A stretch of DNA of 64,000 nt. Origin: Podarcis melisellensis (taxonomy: Eukaryota). The stretch's first letter is position 1; each line of letters opens with the position of its first letter. Shown piece after piece: positions 39,782 to 50,141 of the stretch. A program made the translations under genes and the position numbers. The stretch lies in the NCBI GenBank assembly GCA_964234715.1, contig OZ174280.1, one strand, 5' to 3'. The notes beneath the pieces are model-generated. The model searched no databases. It was not told the DNA's origin and saw only the letters and a program-made list of their open reading frames with translations.

Positions 39782-40776
39782 CAGTTGTGTAGCTGGGGGG
39801 GGGGTGTCACACTGGGCCAGTACGTTTCCAAGCACAATTCAAAGTGTTGGTGCTGACCTTTAAAGCCCTAAACGGCCTCGGTCCAGTATACCTAAAGGAG
39901 CATCTCCACCCCATCGTTCAATGTGGACACTGATGTCCAGCGCTGAGGGCCTTCTGGCGGTTCCCTCACTGTGAGAAGTGAAGTTACAAGGAACCAGGCA
40001 GAGGGCCTTCTCAGTAGTGGCACCCGCCCTGTGGAACGCCTTCCCATCAGATGTCAAAGAAATAAACAACTATCTGATGTTTAGAAGGCTTCTGAAGGCA
40101 GCCCTGCTTAGGGAAGTTTTTAATGAATGATGTTTTAAGGTATTTTTAATCGTTTGTTGGAAGCCGCCCAGAGTGTCTGGGGAAACCCAGCCAGATGGGC
40201 AGAGTATAAATAATAAATTATAATTATTATTATTATATGGGCAGCACTTACCTTGGGGGCGGCATGCCAGAGCCCAAGATGACGCCCAAGTCCAGGTGCC
40301 CCAGAGCACAGTGTGATGCTCCCCAAAGCACCGCAGCCCAGGGCTGTGCTCACAGGGTGTTGACTGCTGCATTTCCCCCAGCCGCCACAGGGCGGCTGAG
40401 AAGGACGCAACTGGCATGAGCTGGTCCCACCAGCAGCACTGAGCCCGCAGCGCACCTGAGCCATTGTGTCTCTACTGGGAGTGGCTCGGGCACCTGCAGG
40501 CACTATGTCGTCCAAAAAAGCAGTGTGGGGCCAGCCTCTGCCCCCCACCTGCCCCTCAGCCGACCTCCAGCTGGGGGGGAGGCAGCGGGCAGACTCTGTG
40601 CAGGCTCTGCGCTGCTTGAAAAAGCAACACAGGCCCACAGGGCGCCCAAACGGAACACGGCAGCTCAGGAACTGGGACTCTGGCAGCACGCCCCGCCCTG
40701 CCAACAGCTTGCCATGCCCCCTATGCGCAGAACGCACATGCTGCCCCAGGCGCCCAAGTGGCTAGCTATGCCACTG
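39782..40776. mobile_element. Non-autonomous hAT element interrupted by an L2 insertion
   Basis: TIRs CAGTTGTGTAGCT / AGCTATGCCACTG; 8-bp TSD CCTGATTC / CTTGATTC; GC-rich interior. Confidence 0.75.
39815..40236 (+). mobile_element. L2-clade LINE 3' fragment nested in the hAT element
   Basis: PVRFQAQFKVLVLTFKALNGLGPVYLKEHL (L2 ORF2 C-terminus), 3'UTR and (TAA/TTA)n tail. Confidence 0.85.
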
Positions 40777-41014
40777 CTTGATTCTCCTCAGTGAGCAAAA
40801 GTAAGCAAAACTAGTCAGAGGAGAATTGTTGAAGAGGTCTGTGAAGGCTGCAGAAAAGCTGGACTTTACCATAAAGATCCAAATTCATATTCGTGGGTGG
40901 GTGGGTGGAAGGAATCAGAATTACCGAACAAGACATAAATTACTAAATCAAGAATTTGACTTGGTCAATAACCAGAAAAATTCTGCAGTAAGTAGGAGAG
41001 AATGTTCAACTAAC

Positions 41015-41150
41015 CATTTGATAGACCATTTCCATGCTCTTGTACATTATTGCTCCTGGGAGTTGAAAAAGGACTGATTGGGCACGTTCCTGTTGTTGGT
41101 GAATAAGACTTGAGATTCTTCTTACTCCTTGGCAATGGTGTTGCAGACAC
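41015..41150 (-). CDS. ITGB3BP: ITGB3BP exon 3 (VSATPLPRSKKNLKSYSPTTGTCPISPFSTPRSNNVQEHGNGLSN)
   Basis: ctttag/ and /gttagt; 136 nt; conserved CENP-R motif YSPTTGTC. Confidence 0.95.
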
Positions 41151-41894
41151 CTAAAGAATAATAAATAATGGTAACAAAACAACCTGTACAGGATTATTAT
41201 GCAGTGTAAAGCACATTCATGTTTTCCTTTTCAACCTTGACAATATCCAATTCTGCCTTTATATTTCTAGTCAAGGCAGGCTATAGAATTCTCCTATAAC
41301 AGATGTGGGGAATCATGCCTCTCGGTGCATTTTTAGGTATCCCACACACTTTAACACTTCAAAGCTCAAGTTCCTAGAAGAACTATGTTTCTAGTCCTTG
41401 TGCTGGTAACATGAGTCTCATGTTTAGTCCTTTATGCAAACAAAAAAGAATCAAATGATTTTCAAGCCCACCCATCTATTCCAAGGGACTAACACAAGAT
41501 GTTAACTTTTTGTTTAACAATTCCTGATGAAGGAAAATAGCTACAACACTCAGGGCCATCTATCACATTAGTGGAAAGAACAATCAAATTAAATGAGCAA
41601 ACTACCTCTCATGTTCCAAATGAAATGGTCTTTTAGAAAGGTGACTCTGAAAGGTGAAGCTATATAAATAGCACAAAACTTGCCTTATAGCAGGGATGAG
41701 AGAACTATGGCCTTCCATATGTTGCTGAACTCCAACTCCCATCAGCCTAAGTGCAAATGGCCAATAATTAAATAAGTTGTGAGCCAAGAACATCTGGAAG
41801 ACCACAGGTTCCACATCCTTGCCCTACAGTAAAATACTGTTGCTCCTTAATACTCCGGAACTATGACTGTAAATGCTCGGCGATTCCTAATTTT

Positions 41895-42272
41895 GAGAGC
41901 GGGTGGCGCTGTGGTCTAAACCACCGAGTCCCTTGGGCTTGCTGATCAGAAGGTTGCTGGTTTGAATCCACGTGACGGGGTGAGTTCCTGTTGCTCTGTC
42001 CCAGCTCCTGCCAAACTAGCAGTTCGAAAGCATGCCAGTGCAAGTAGGTAAATAGGTACCGCTGTGGCGGAAAGGTAAACAGTGTTTCCATGTGCTCTGG
42101 CTTCCACCACAGTGTTCTCTTGAGCCAGAAGCGGTTTAATAATGCTGGCCACATGACCCAGAAAGCTGTCTGTGGACAAACGCCGGCTCCCTCGGCCTGA
42201 AGCAAGATGAGTGCCGCACTTCATAGTCGCCTTTGACTGAACTTAACCATCCAAGGCTCCTTGATCTTTACA
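41895..42272 (+). mobile_element. Sauria SINE, more diverged copy
   Basis: Same head and core as 427-785 and 17931-18296. Confidence 0.85.
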
Positions 42273-43236
42273 TGTTTTGTATAAATACTAGGTTTGGTGT
42301 GAAAATATTAGTGGATTAGCCTACCAATCCTCAATTTATGACACAGCAGCCTCGTATTTAAACCACTAGCCTAGAAGTAATAGGCAGGAAGAAACTGCAT
42401 GTAGACAAGTGAGCAGGTGAAAAAAGGATGAAGAGCTTCATCACTCCCTCTGCACTGAGCACAGATGCCAAGTGGACTGCCAGAGAAGGAAATCCCCTCT
42501 TTCATGACTAGTACAGGGCTACTGCAAGAAGGGAAGAGCTTGCCTTCCTTCCTCTGCCAACCCCCAGCAGACTAATAAACTTTTTTCTTTTTTTCTGCAA
42601 ACTAATGACTTCTGTGGTCTCATGTATAAGGCTGCAATATAGCCATATTCTGCTGAATAGCTTGTGGCCTATTTGGGTGACTCCATAGATGTAGGCCTAA
42701 TGTAAACATCACCCATGCACTGGATCCCACGTCACATCAGCAAAATCTGAATGAAAGAATCACTTGGGAACTAGCCACTTTAAGCCCTATGAGTCACCAA
42801 AGGGGTGCAGCATTGGGATGGCTCTTCCCAAATGACCCGCTCATCAAAATAATCCCTGCCAACAGTATGGCATGAGATGCAGAAAATGTGCTACACCTGG
42901 AGTAAGTTAAAAATATATATTTTAGTATTTTGCAGACTGATAGATTGGTGTTATTTATAACCCGATTCTAGGACAAATCTTCCAAAGCAAACTTGAGTTA
43001 AAAGAAATATACTATTAGCAACAAGACAATCAGGTAAAACACTAAAAATACACCGATCAGACAGCTGTAAAATCACAAGTTCAGGTATACTGGAGTACTG
43101 TTTGCACAGGACTATGGAGTTGGAGTACCTGGGAGCCTTCCCATGGAAGCTTGCCTGAAGCCATCTTTGGGCTCTTTTCAACATCAGGTACTTATGTAGT
43201 GTGGACCCTTCAATTTTAAGCCTGTGTCTTCATTTG

Positions 43237-43239
<3 letters not shown>

Positions 43240-43272
<33 letters not shown>
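43240..43272. repeat. (TG)n microsatellite inside an old L2 3' remnant
   Basis: Direct reading. Confidence 0.9.
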
Positions 43273-43274
<2 letters not shown>

Positions 43275-45115
43275 ACTGAGTTTTGATTTTGTAATATTTT
43301 TTACTTTATGGTTTTATGTTGTATTTAAATTGTTGTTAGGGATTTTACTTATTTATTGTAACCCAGCCCAAGAAGTTTATTGTTATGTGGCAGCATACAG
43401 TTGCCATAGGTAAATAAACCAAAGGAATAATTAAGGTGCAATCCTACACTCATTTGCTTGGAAGGAGACCTCAATGAACCAAGTAGGACTGTCTTCTGAG
43501 TAAACACGCAGAGTTAGGAAAAGTAAAGAGTGACAATTAACATTTCTCAGTGCAGGAAAGACTAACGTATGGCTCTCTAGATGTTATTGGCTTCCAACTC
43601 CCTTCACTTTTGACCCCTGGCTATGCTGACTGGGGCTTATGGGAGTTGTAGTCCAACAACATCTGGAGAGCTGCAGAATAGCCACCTTTGTTTCAATTGG
43701 AAATGACTGATAGTAAACTCCTATGCGTGTTTCTGATACATATAATAAACCATTTTCTCCCTTTCCTCTTTCCTTTTCACATAACTATTTCAATTATTTT
43801 AAAACTCTGGATAAGGATACACCATTTATACTAACAATAATAATAATTCTGCTACATAGACAGCTTTAGAAATTAATTCCATCACTGAATTTTGGAAAAC
43901 CTGAAACCTCAAGCTTTCAATGAAGAAATTTTGACACTAGAAACTTTCTAAATAGTTAATCTCAACATAGACATTTCCCCCCTTTTAATTTGCATTTCAG
44001 AAGGAAAAATAGCTTTAGGGTGGAACAGAATCATTTCAAGCTGGACTGCTCGCCTCCAAAAATGCTACTCCAACCAAGGAAGCAGATGCAAAATTACAGT
44101 CACAGCTGTATTCAGAGCACAACAAGGTGGGTAATGGAAAACTAAATTGCTAATTAAATTGCTAATGATTTTTGTTAGTGCCCCTGCTGTATTTTGTCAC
44201 CTTTGTTTAAATACAAAAAGTACACAGAAGATTTCTAACACTGCCAAGTTTCCAATTTTGCTAAGTACCACTGAGACCTCTGAAGACTACCATCTATAAA
44301 GAAACTGTTGGTATGTAGAAACAAAACAGGAGGCTCATTTTATTTACCAAACATTTAGGTATACATTTCCCCCCACCAATTTTGCCTCCTTAAAGGCTAC
44401 CTGCCCAATGAACTCCACTGCATTATTGTTCATAGCAACGCCCACAGTTGGTATTGGAAGATAATAAACTGGCATATGTCGTGACATGATGGCACTGGAA
44501 AAACGGAATGGCCACATTTTATCAGAGAGAGAGATGGGGTGGGGGTGGGGGACAGCACCAGTACAATTTTATTTTTATTGTGATAACTGTAGGGGAAATT
44601 TATTGCAGTGTTAGTACTTTATCGTTTCATTATGTTAGATTAGCTGAGAGAGGTAATTATATTCTCAACATAAAAATGTCTTTAATGTTTTCATTTCAAT
44701 TTTGCAGTTTATAATATGCAGATTACGGCATTATCATAATCCCATATTGTTATATGTACAGAGAGATGGCACTGCATTTGGTTCACAAATTACGGAACTA
44801 ATTTCTAATAAATGATTTCACAAAGGTCCCTAACTCATTTGAGAGAGGCGTGTACATAATAAAAAAACAACCACTGCAGTCTCCTCAGTTATAGCCAATT
44901 GCTTCATGTAGGCAAAGTCCGAATATTATATAAGAATAGTTTTTCTCCCAAAGACGTCTGGCAGTCAATTCTTTTCCATATTCAGGAATGCTTTACTGCA
45001 GATTGCCAAGTAATTTATGATAGTCTCACTGAACTGCTGATCATTTATGTATATCCTAGAAAATAATTTAATCGTAGTGTGAGCCACACACACACACACA
45101 CACACACACACTTAC

Positions 45116-45158
45116 TTTTCCCATGGCAAGGCTTTCCAACTTCAGAGCTTTCTTAGCA
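45116..45158 (-). CDS. ITGB3BP: ITGB3BP exon 2 (P-AKKALKLESLAMGK)
   Basis: ttttctag/ and /gtaagt; 43 nt; aligns to human PVKRSLKLDGLLEEN. Confidence 0.9.
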
Positions 45159-48121
45159 CTAGAAAACAAAGAGGGGGAGCAAGTTTTATCATATTTCAAA
45201 AGCAAAGTTTATATTGATAACCTTATCAGTGATTATTAGACCACATATAGCATTTTTTACACTAGTAAAACTAACCTCATACATGGCATATAGTTTTTGA
45301 ATACGCTTTGAAAATTTGATCCTATCCTGATTGCCCCCCCCAACCTGTCCACTCTCCCAATGTCACACTACCAAAAAAATAACAACAAAAACAATTGCTT
45401 TTTATATAAAACTGATAAAGAATGAGATTATACGGACGTGCATAACAACTTACCTTCTGTGTAGGTGTTGCAATTATTTTGCTGTTCACAGAAATAATGT
45501 ACTAGGCATTTAACCACCAGTACATTCAAGGTGAAAAAAGTAGTTCTTCTCATCATTTTAGCTCTTAACATGATTCAATGCTACTAGACTTTGACTTAAC
45601 TAGGGAACAGATGCTCTATGTCTTTACAGGTCCCTAAACCATACGAAACTATTTTCTCGTGTTCTTCACTATACTGATTCAGGAACACGCCAAGCTTTCT
45701 CTGTAAAATCTGTTCTGCTGAACTGGATGCCCAGCTGTTAATGGCAACACTAGGAATGGAAAGCTGAATATTTATAATACTTTACATCGTACAGCTGTCT
45801 TCTAAAGAGCAGTCATCAAAATTTTATTGAATGCAGACTAAATACTCAAAGGAAGGAAAGGTCAACATAAATTAAGACTATTTTTTCCCAGAGACAACTC
45901 CAACTTTTAAAGTACATTCTTAAATCTTAAACAACAGTTAAAGGCCTTTTTACATAAAGCAACTAAAAACCCTTAAAATCATCCAATAAAAGCTTCAGAA
46001 GATTATTTTAGATTAAACAAGGTTTGCAGAAACATTTCATTTCAGAATAGAAAGGCGCAGGCACCATATTAGGAATAGGGCATTTTGATTTAGTAACCAA
46101 GATCTCAATGCTAAAAATGCTCATAAGGTTTAACAAAGCCCAGATTCTGCAAGCATAAATGGCTTGGCATTCCAGCAGGGCCACAGTCTGAAATGATTTC
46201 ACTCAAAGCATTTTTGTAACCTTGTCATTCTTCAAGGTGAACCATAGAAAGAAAGTTTAAAAGCATATTTGAAACATGACTGTACTATGCTAGTTCCAGT
46301 TTAACATCTTATGTTGAAAATAGATCACTGAAAAACATTTTTGTCTTAAAAAGCAGACTAACTATACTGTGCAAGATTTACATTTTTTTATATTAAAAAG
46401 CCATCCAAATTCTTGCCAAGGGATAGTCAAAGCTGAAACAGTTTGACAAAAATTCTTAACATCATGTTTCTTTTTAAATATAGTGCCTCATATTGCTTAA
46501 GGAATGTAGACTCCATTACATCTTCCACCCCAGTGGCAGCAGAGAAACATTTTATACGCTAATACATTCACTCTGCAAAGGTGCTCTAGGGGACCATGTA
46601 TTTGCATGCTATACTAAGGCATGCTATGATGGAAGTTTTTATGACGGACTTCAGAGGAAGCTGGAAGCCAAAGTACAGCTGAATCTGGACTCAAGGTAGC
46701 TTTATGATTAGGATAAATGAAAAACTACATGAAAATCACATTAAATTATAGCAACCTGGAAAAAAAAGACTTGACAAAAAAAAGTGGCAGAATGGTCAAG
46801 CACTATGCTATTTAAAATCTTCCAGTGACTTTGGCTGGTAGTAGTTATAGGCCTGGTTTGGACATCACACAATGCATGGGGCTCCTGGAGAGGAGATTAC
46901 AGCCATTTTACTGCTGTGCCATGCTGGGCTAAACCATGGTTTGGTTTAGCATGTAGGCTCATGATTTAGCTCTCTGCAGATTAACCATGAGCGATAATCA
47001 AAATTTGTCCTGTGGTTCATAGCTTAGGGTTTGTCTGGGAAAGCTGAACCACAAGCTTGGGTTGGACAACCTGCAAGTAAAACAGTGACTTTGCACAGCA
47101 GCTAAACAATGGGGGGTGGGGGTGGGCAAAGCAGCAGGAACTCAGCAAAAAGGATGGGGACAAAACTAGAATTAGTAGGCACTACCTGCCATTAGCTCTG
47201 GCTCCACCTACTGGTGGCCTCCTTGCCTTCCACCCTACAAGTCCACACAGGCACCAACTACCACTGTGCGCAACATAAATGCTTGCCTCCCCAATGAACT
47301 AATAGTAATAGAGGCAGGTAGGAGCACTAGTGCCAATTTAAAGGGCAGGAAATTCATTCAAGGCTCCCCTATGAAAAAAAGTCATATGAGAAGAATTTGT
47401 TTATTTCACATCACTGTTTATACCTCATAGGATTTAAGTATCAGAAAATAAATTATATTTAAGATGGACTAGTCTGTCATTTAAACTAATTCAAACTAGA
47501 CTGCCACAGTTTAACAAAGGAAATGCATGAAAATGTGAATTCTAGTCATCATTGACTCTGGGTTGGACAGAGACTAACAATGCATCCTATGCATATCTAG
47601 GCATGAATCAGCCCTACTGAGTTCAATGAGATGTATTCACAAATAAACACAGTATATGTATAGGACTGCATACAAAGTTGTTTAACTTAGGAGTCCAGGA
47701 AGAGCAACAGCTAAATGCTTCTGTTTACCAGGTCCACGGAACGGTATGGCGGGTGGACCCTTTGGGGAAATGTCTTCGTCCTTCCATCCCATCTATCCAT
47801 TCATAAGTTATAAGCCTATACTATACCCTGAAGAGGTTATGACCAACTTTTCTATCAACAGTAATCTCCACGATTGTACTCAAAAGATAGCATGCCTTAA
47901 ATGTCTATTGACCCCTCCATATGCACTATTCCACCAATTCCTATCATCTTAAGGTGGCTTGCTTCAGAGGAACATACGCAGCTGCCTTATTCTGATTCAC
48001 TGGAGACAATGGAAGGGCAGATAATAAAGGTATACAATGCCACCCCTGCCCCAATAATCAGGAACAGTTAGGATGTAGCCTACCTCACACAAGATATGCA
48101 CAACTGTATCTGTCCAGTTAG

Positions 48122-48190
48122 AAACATAGAATTGTAGAGTTGGAAGGGACGCTCAGGGTCATCTAGTACAACCCGCTGCAATGCAGGAAT
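48122..48190 (-). mobile_element. Short CR1-type 3' end (copies at ~10482-10548 and ~62325-62390)
   Basis: Three copies of ATAGAATTGTAGAGTTGGAAGGG...TCTAGTCCAACCC...TGCAATGCAGGAAT with an ATTCTAT-type tail on the minus strand. Confidence 0.65.
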
Positions 48191-49360
48191 CCTGTCCACA
48201 GCTGTCCCTGGGTGGGCCTGAACACATTTAGGTATAGCTTCAATGAACACTAATACACAACAAAATATAAAGTTTGGGGGTTGTACTTGGAAAATAGATG
48301 GAACAGCAGGATTTTTATTACATTCTCTTAATTCTGTATTTTCAAACACTTGTGTTTAATGTATTGGGCAATGCTGCAGACCTAAACCCACTTAAGGATA
48401 AGTCTCATTAAACTCAAAGCACAATCCTAACCACATCTAGTCTGAAGTCAGTCAGACTGTATTCAATGGGGCTAACTCCCAGGAAAGTGAGATCAGGACT
48501 GTGTCCTTAGTGGGATTTACAACTGAGCAAACATACTTAAAATGGCTTTGTGCCTGGAAGGCATATCTTTTCACCTATTCTGTAGCAAGCAATCCCACAC
48601 ACTGTAGGGTCTGACTAAGCTTTGTATTGGTAAGCAGAAAACACTCTACATATGCTCAGAGCAGGGGCCCTGCATCCTGTTTCACCACTTGAGGAGAAAT
48701 GGGAAGTGATGCCTTGCCCTGCCACTGCTGTCACTCCCACACCACCTACCTGCTCCTGCCATCGCCACCCGTTCTGCTGCGAGCTTTGTCACATCTGTCA
48801 CTGATAGAGAAGTGGCACCACCATCGGCGCCAACTCTGGGCAAGATCTCGCCAATTTGGGGCGAGATGGACATGATCTTGCCCCCAATCGGCACCAATGG
48901 TGGCGATAGGGCACCAGGGTGTGTGTTCTGTCACCTGAGGCAGTGGCTTCACCCTGCCTAATGACAGGGCTGGCTCTGGCACATCTGCCATCCCTGTTTA
49001 TTCCTAAGGTTCCTTTCCATGGGTCCTTTTTATTGAGCATTCACAATGAGATGGCAGTTTGTGGGGGCAGCAGTCCCACTGCTTCATTCCCAACCTGTGC
49101 GTATCCCACAGTAAACAACCAGCAGCTGAAACCACACAGCTTTTCACACCACAACGGTTCCTGCTTATATTTCGGTCCTGATTTTGATGTGCTCAGAGAC
49201 ATCAAAAGGGATATATATTACGGTAGCCTAATTGGAGAAGCACCACAAAAGAAACCGAAGCACTACTAACGTACTACCACTGCGTCAAGAACTTGTTGGA
49301 ATAGTAGACTAGGACCCGTGCAAGGAAGCCCTCAGCCTTGAATAATCAAATAATATATTA

Positions 49361-49602
49361 CAGTGGTACCTCGGGTTAAGTACTTAATTCGCTCCGGAGG
49401 TCCATTCTTAACCTGAAACTGTTCTTAACCTGAAGCACCACTTTAGCTAATGGGGCCTCCTGCTGCCGCTGTGCCGCCGGAGCACGATTTCTGTTCTCAT
49501 CCTGAAGCGAAGTTCTTAACCCGAGGTACTATTTCTGAGTTAGCGGAGTCTGTAACCTGAAGTATATGTAACCTGAAGCGTATGTAACCCAAGGTACCAC
49601 TG
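49361..49602. mobile_element. Tc1/mariner (pogo/Tigger-like) MITE, 242 bp
   Basis: TIRs CAGTGGTACCTCGGGTTA / TAACCCAAGGTACCACTG, TA TSD, internal TAACCTGAAG repeats. Confidence 0.88.
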
Positions 49603-49617
49603 TATTTATACCCCGGC

Positions 49618-49698
49618 CATAGCTGTCAACTTTTCCCTTTTCTTGAGAGGAATCCTAAGGGAATTTCCCTTTAAAAAAGCGAAACGTTGACAGCTATG
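49618..49698. mobile_element. 81-bp fold-back MITE (hAT-like)
   Basis: Perfect 13-bp TIR CATAGCTGTCAAC; flanks TACCCCGGC / TACCCCGCC. Confidence 0.75.
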
Positions 49699-49951
49699 TA
49701 CCCCGCCCACTCTGGGCAGTTCCCAACAGAATATTAATAATAAGAAGAAAAAGCGACAAAACATCAAACATTTAAAACTTCCCTAAACCGGTACTGTATA
49801 CAAAAACCTGCATAGGGCTAAACTCTAGTTCTCTCCAGTTGAAATGAAATGCACATAAGGAAGGGAAGGGGTGTGTGTTGAGGGGGATGAAATGCCCCGT
49901 GGGCCCACCAGGTCCTGCCCGTCTATCCAGCTACCCCTCACCCCGACTCAC

Positions 49952-49956
49952 GGCAT
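49952..49956 (-). CDS. ITGB3BP: ITGB3BP exon 1 coding part (ATG CC)
   Basis: gacATGCC/gtgagt inside the CpG island; all 8 exons join into 540 nt = 179 aa + stop. Confidence 0.85.
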
Positions 49957-50128
49957 GTCCGGCGCCCGACGCGCTTCTTCGCCTTCCCCGCCCTCGACGC
50001 CGAAACTGAGATTCCCGCCGTGCAGCTCTCAAAGCGCTCCGGGTAGAAACACGGCCAGTCTGCGGGGAAGAAGAAAGCGGGCCCTGGAAGCTCCTTGTCT
50101 CGGCCCGGCCTGGCAAAGGCAGACGCGG

Positions 50129-50141
50129 GTTACTAGGCGAC
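50129..50141. promoter_or_regulatory. RFX X-box-like site GTTACTAGGCGAC
   Basis: Reverse complement GTCGCCTAGTAAC fits the RFX consensus GTNRCC-n-RGYAAC. Confidence 0.55.

Noticed and set aside
40070-40794. Overlapping 60-200 aa ORFs on both strands
   Set aside because: GC-rich transposon interior with few stop codons
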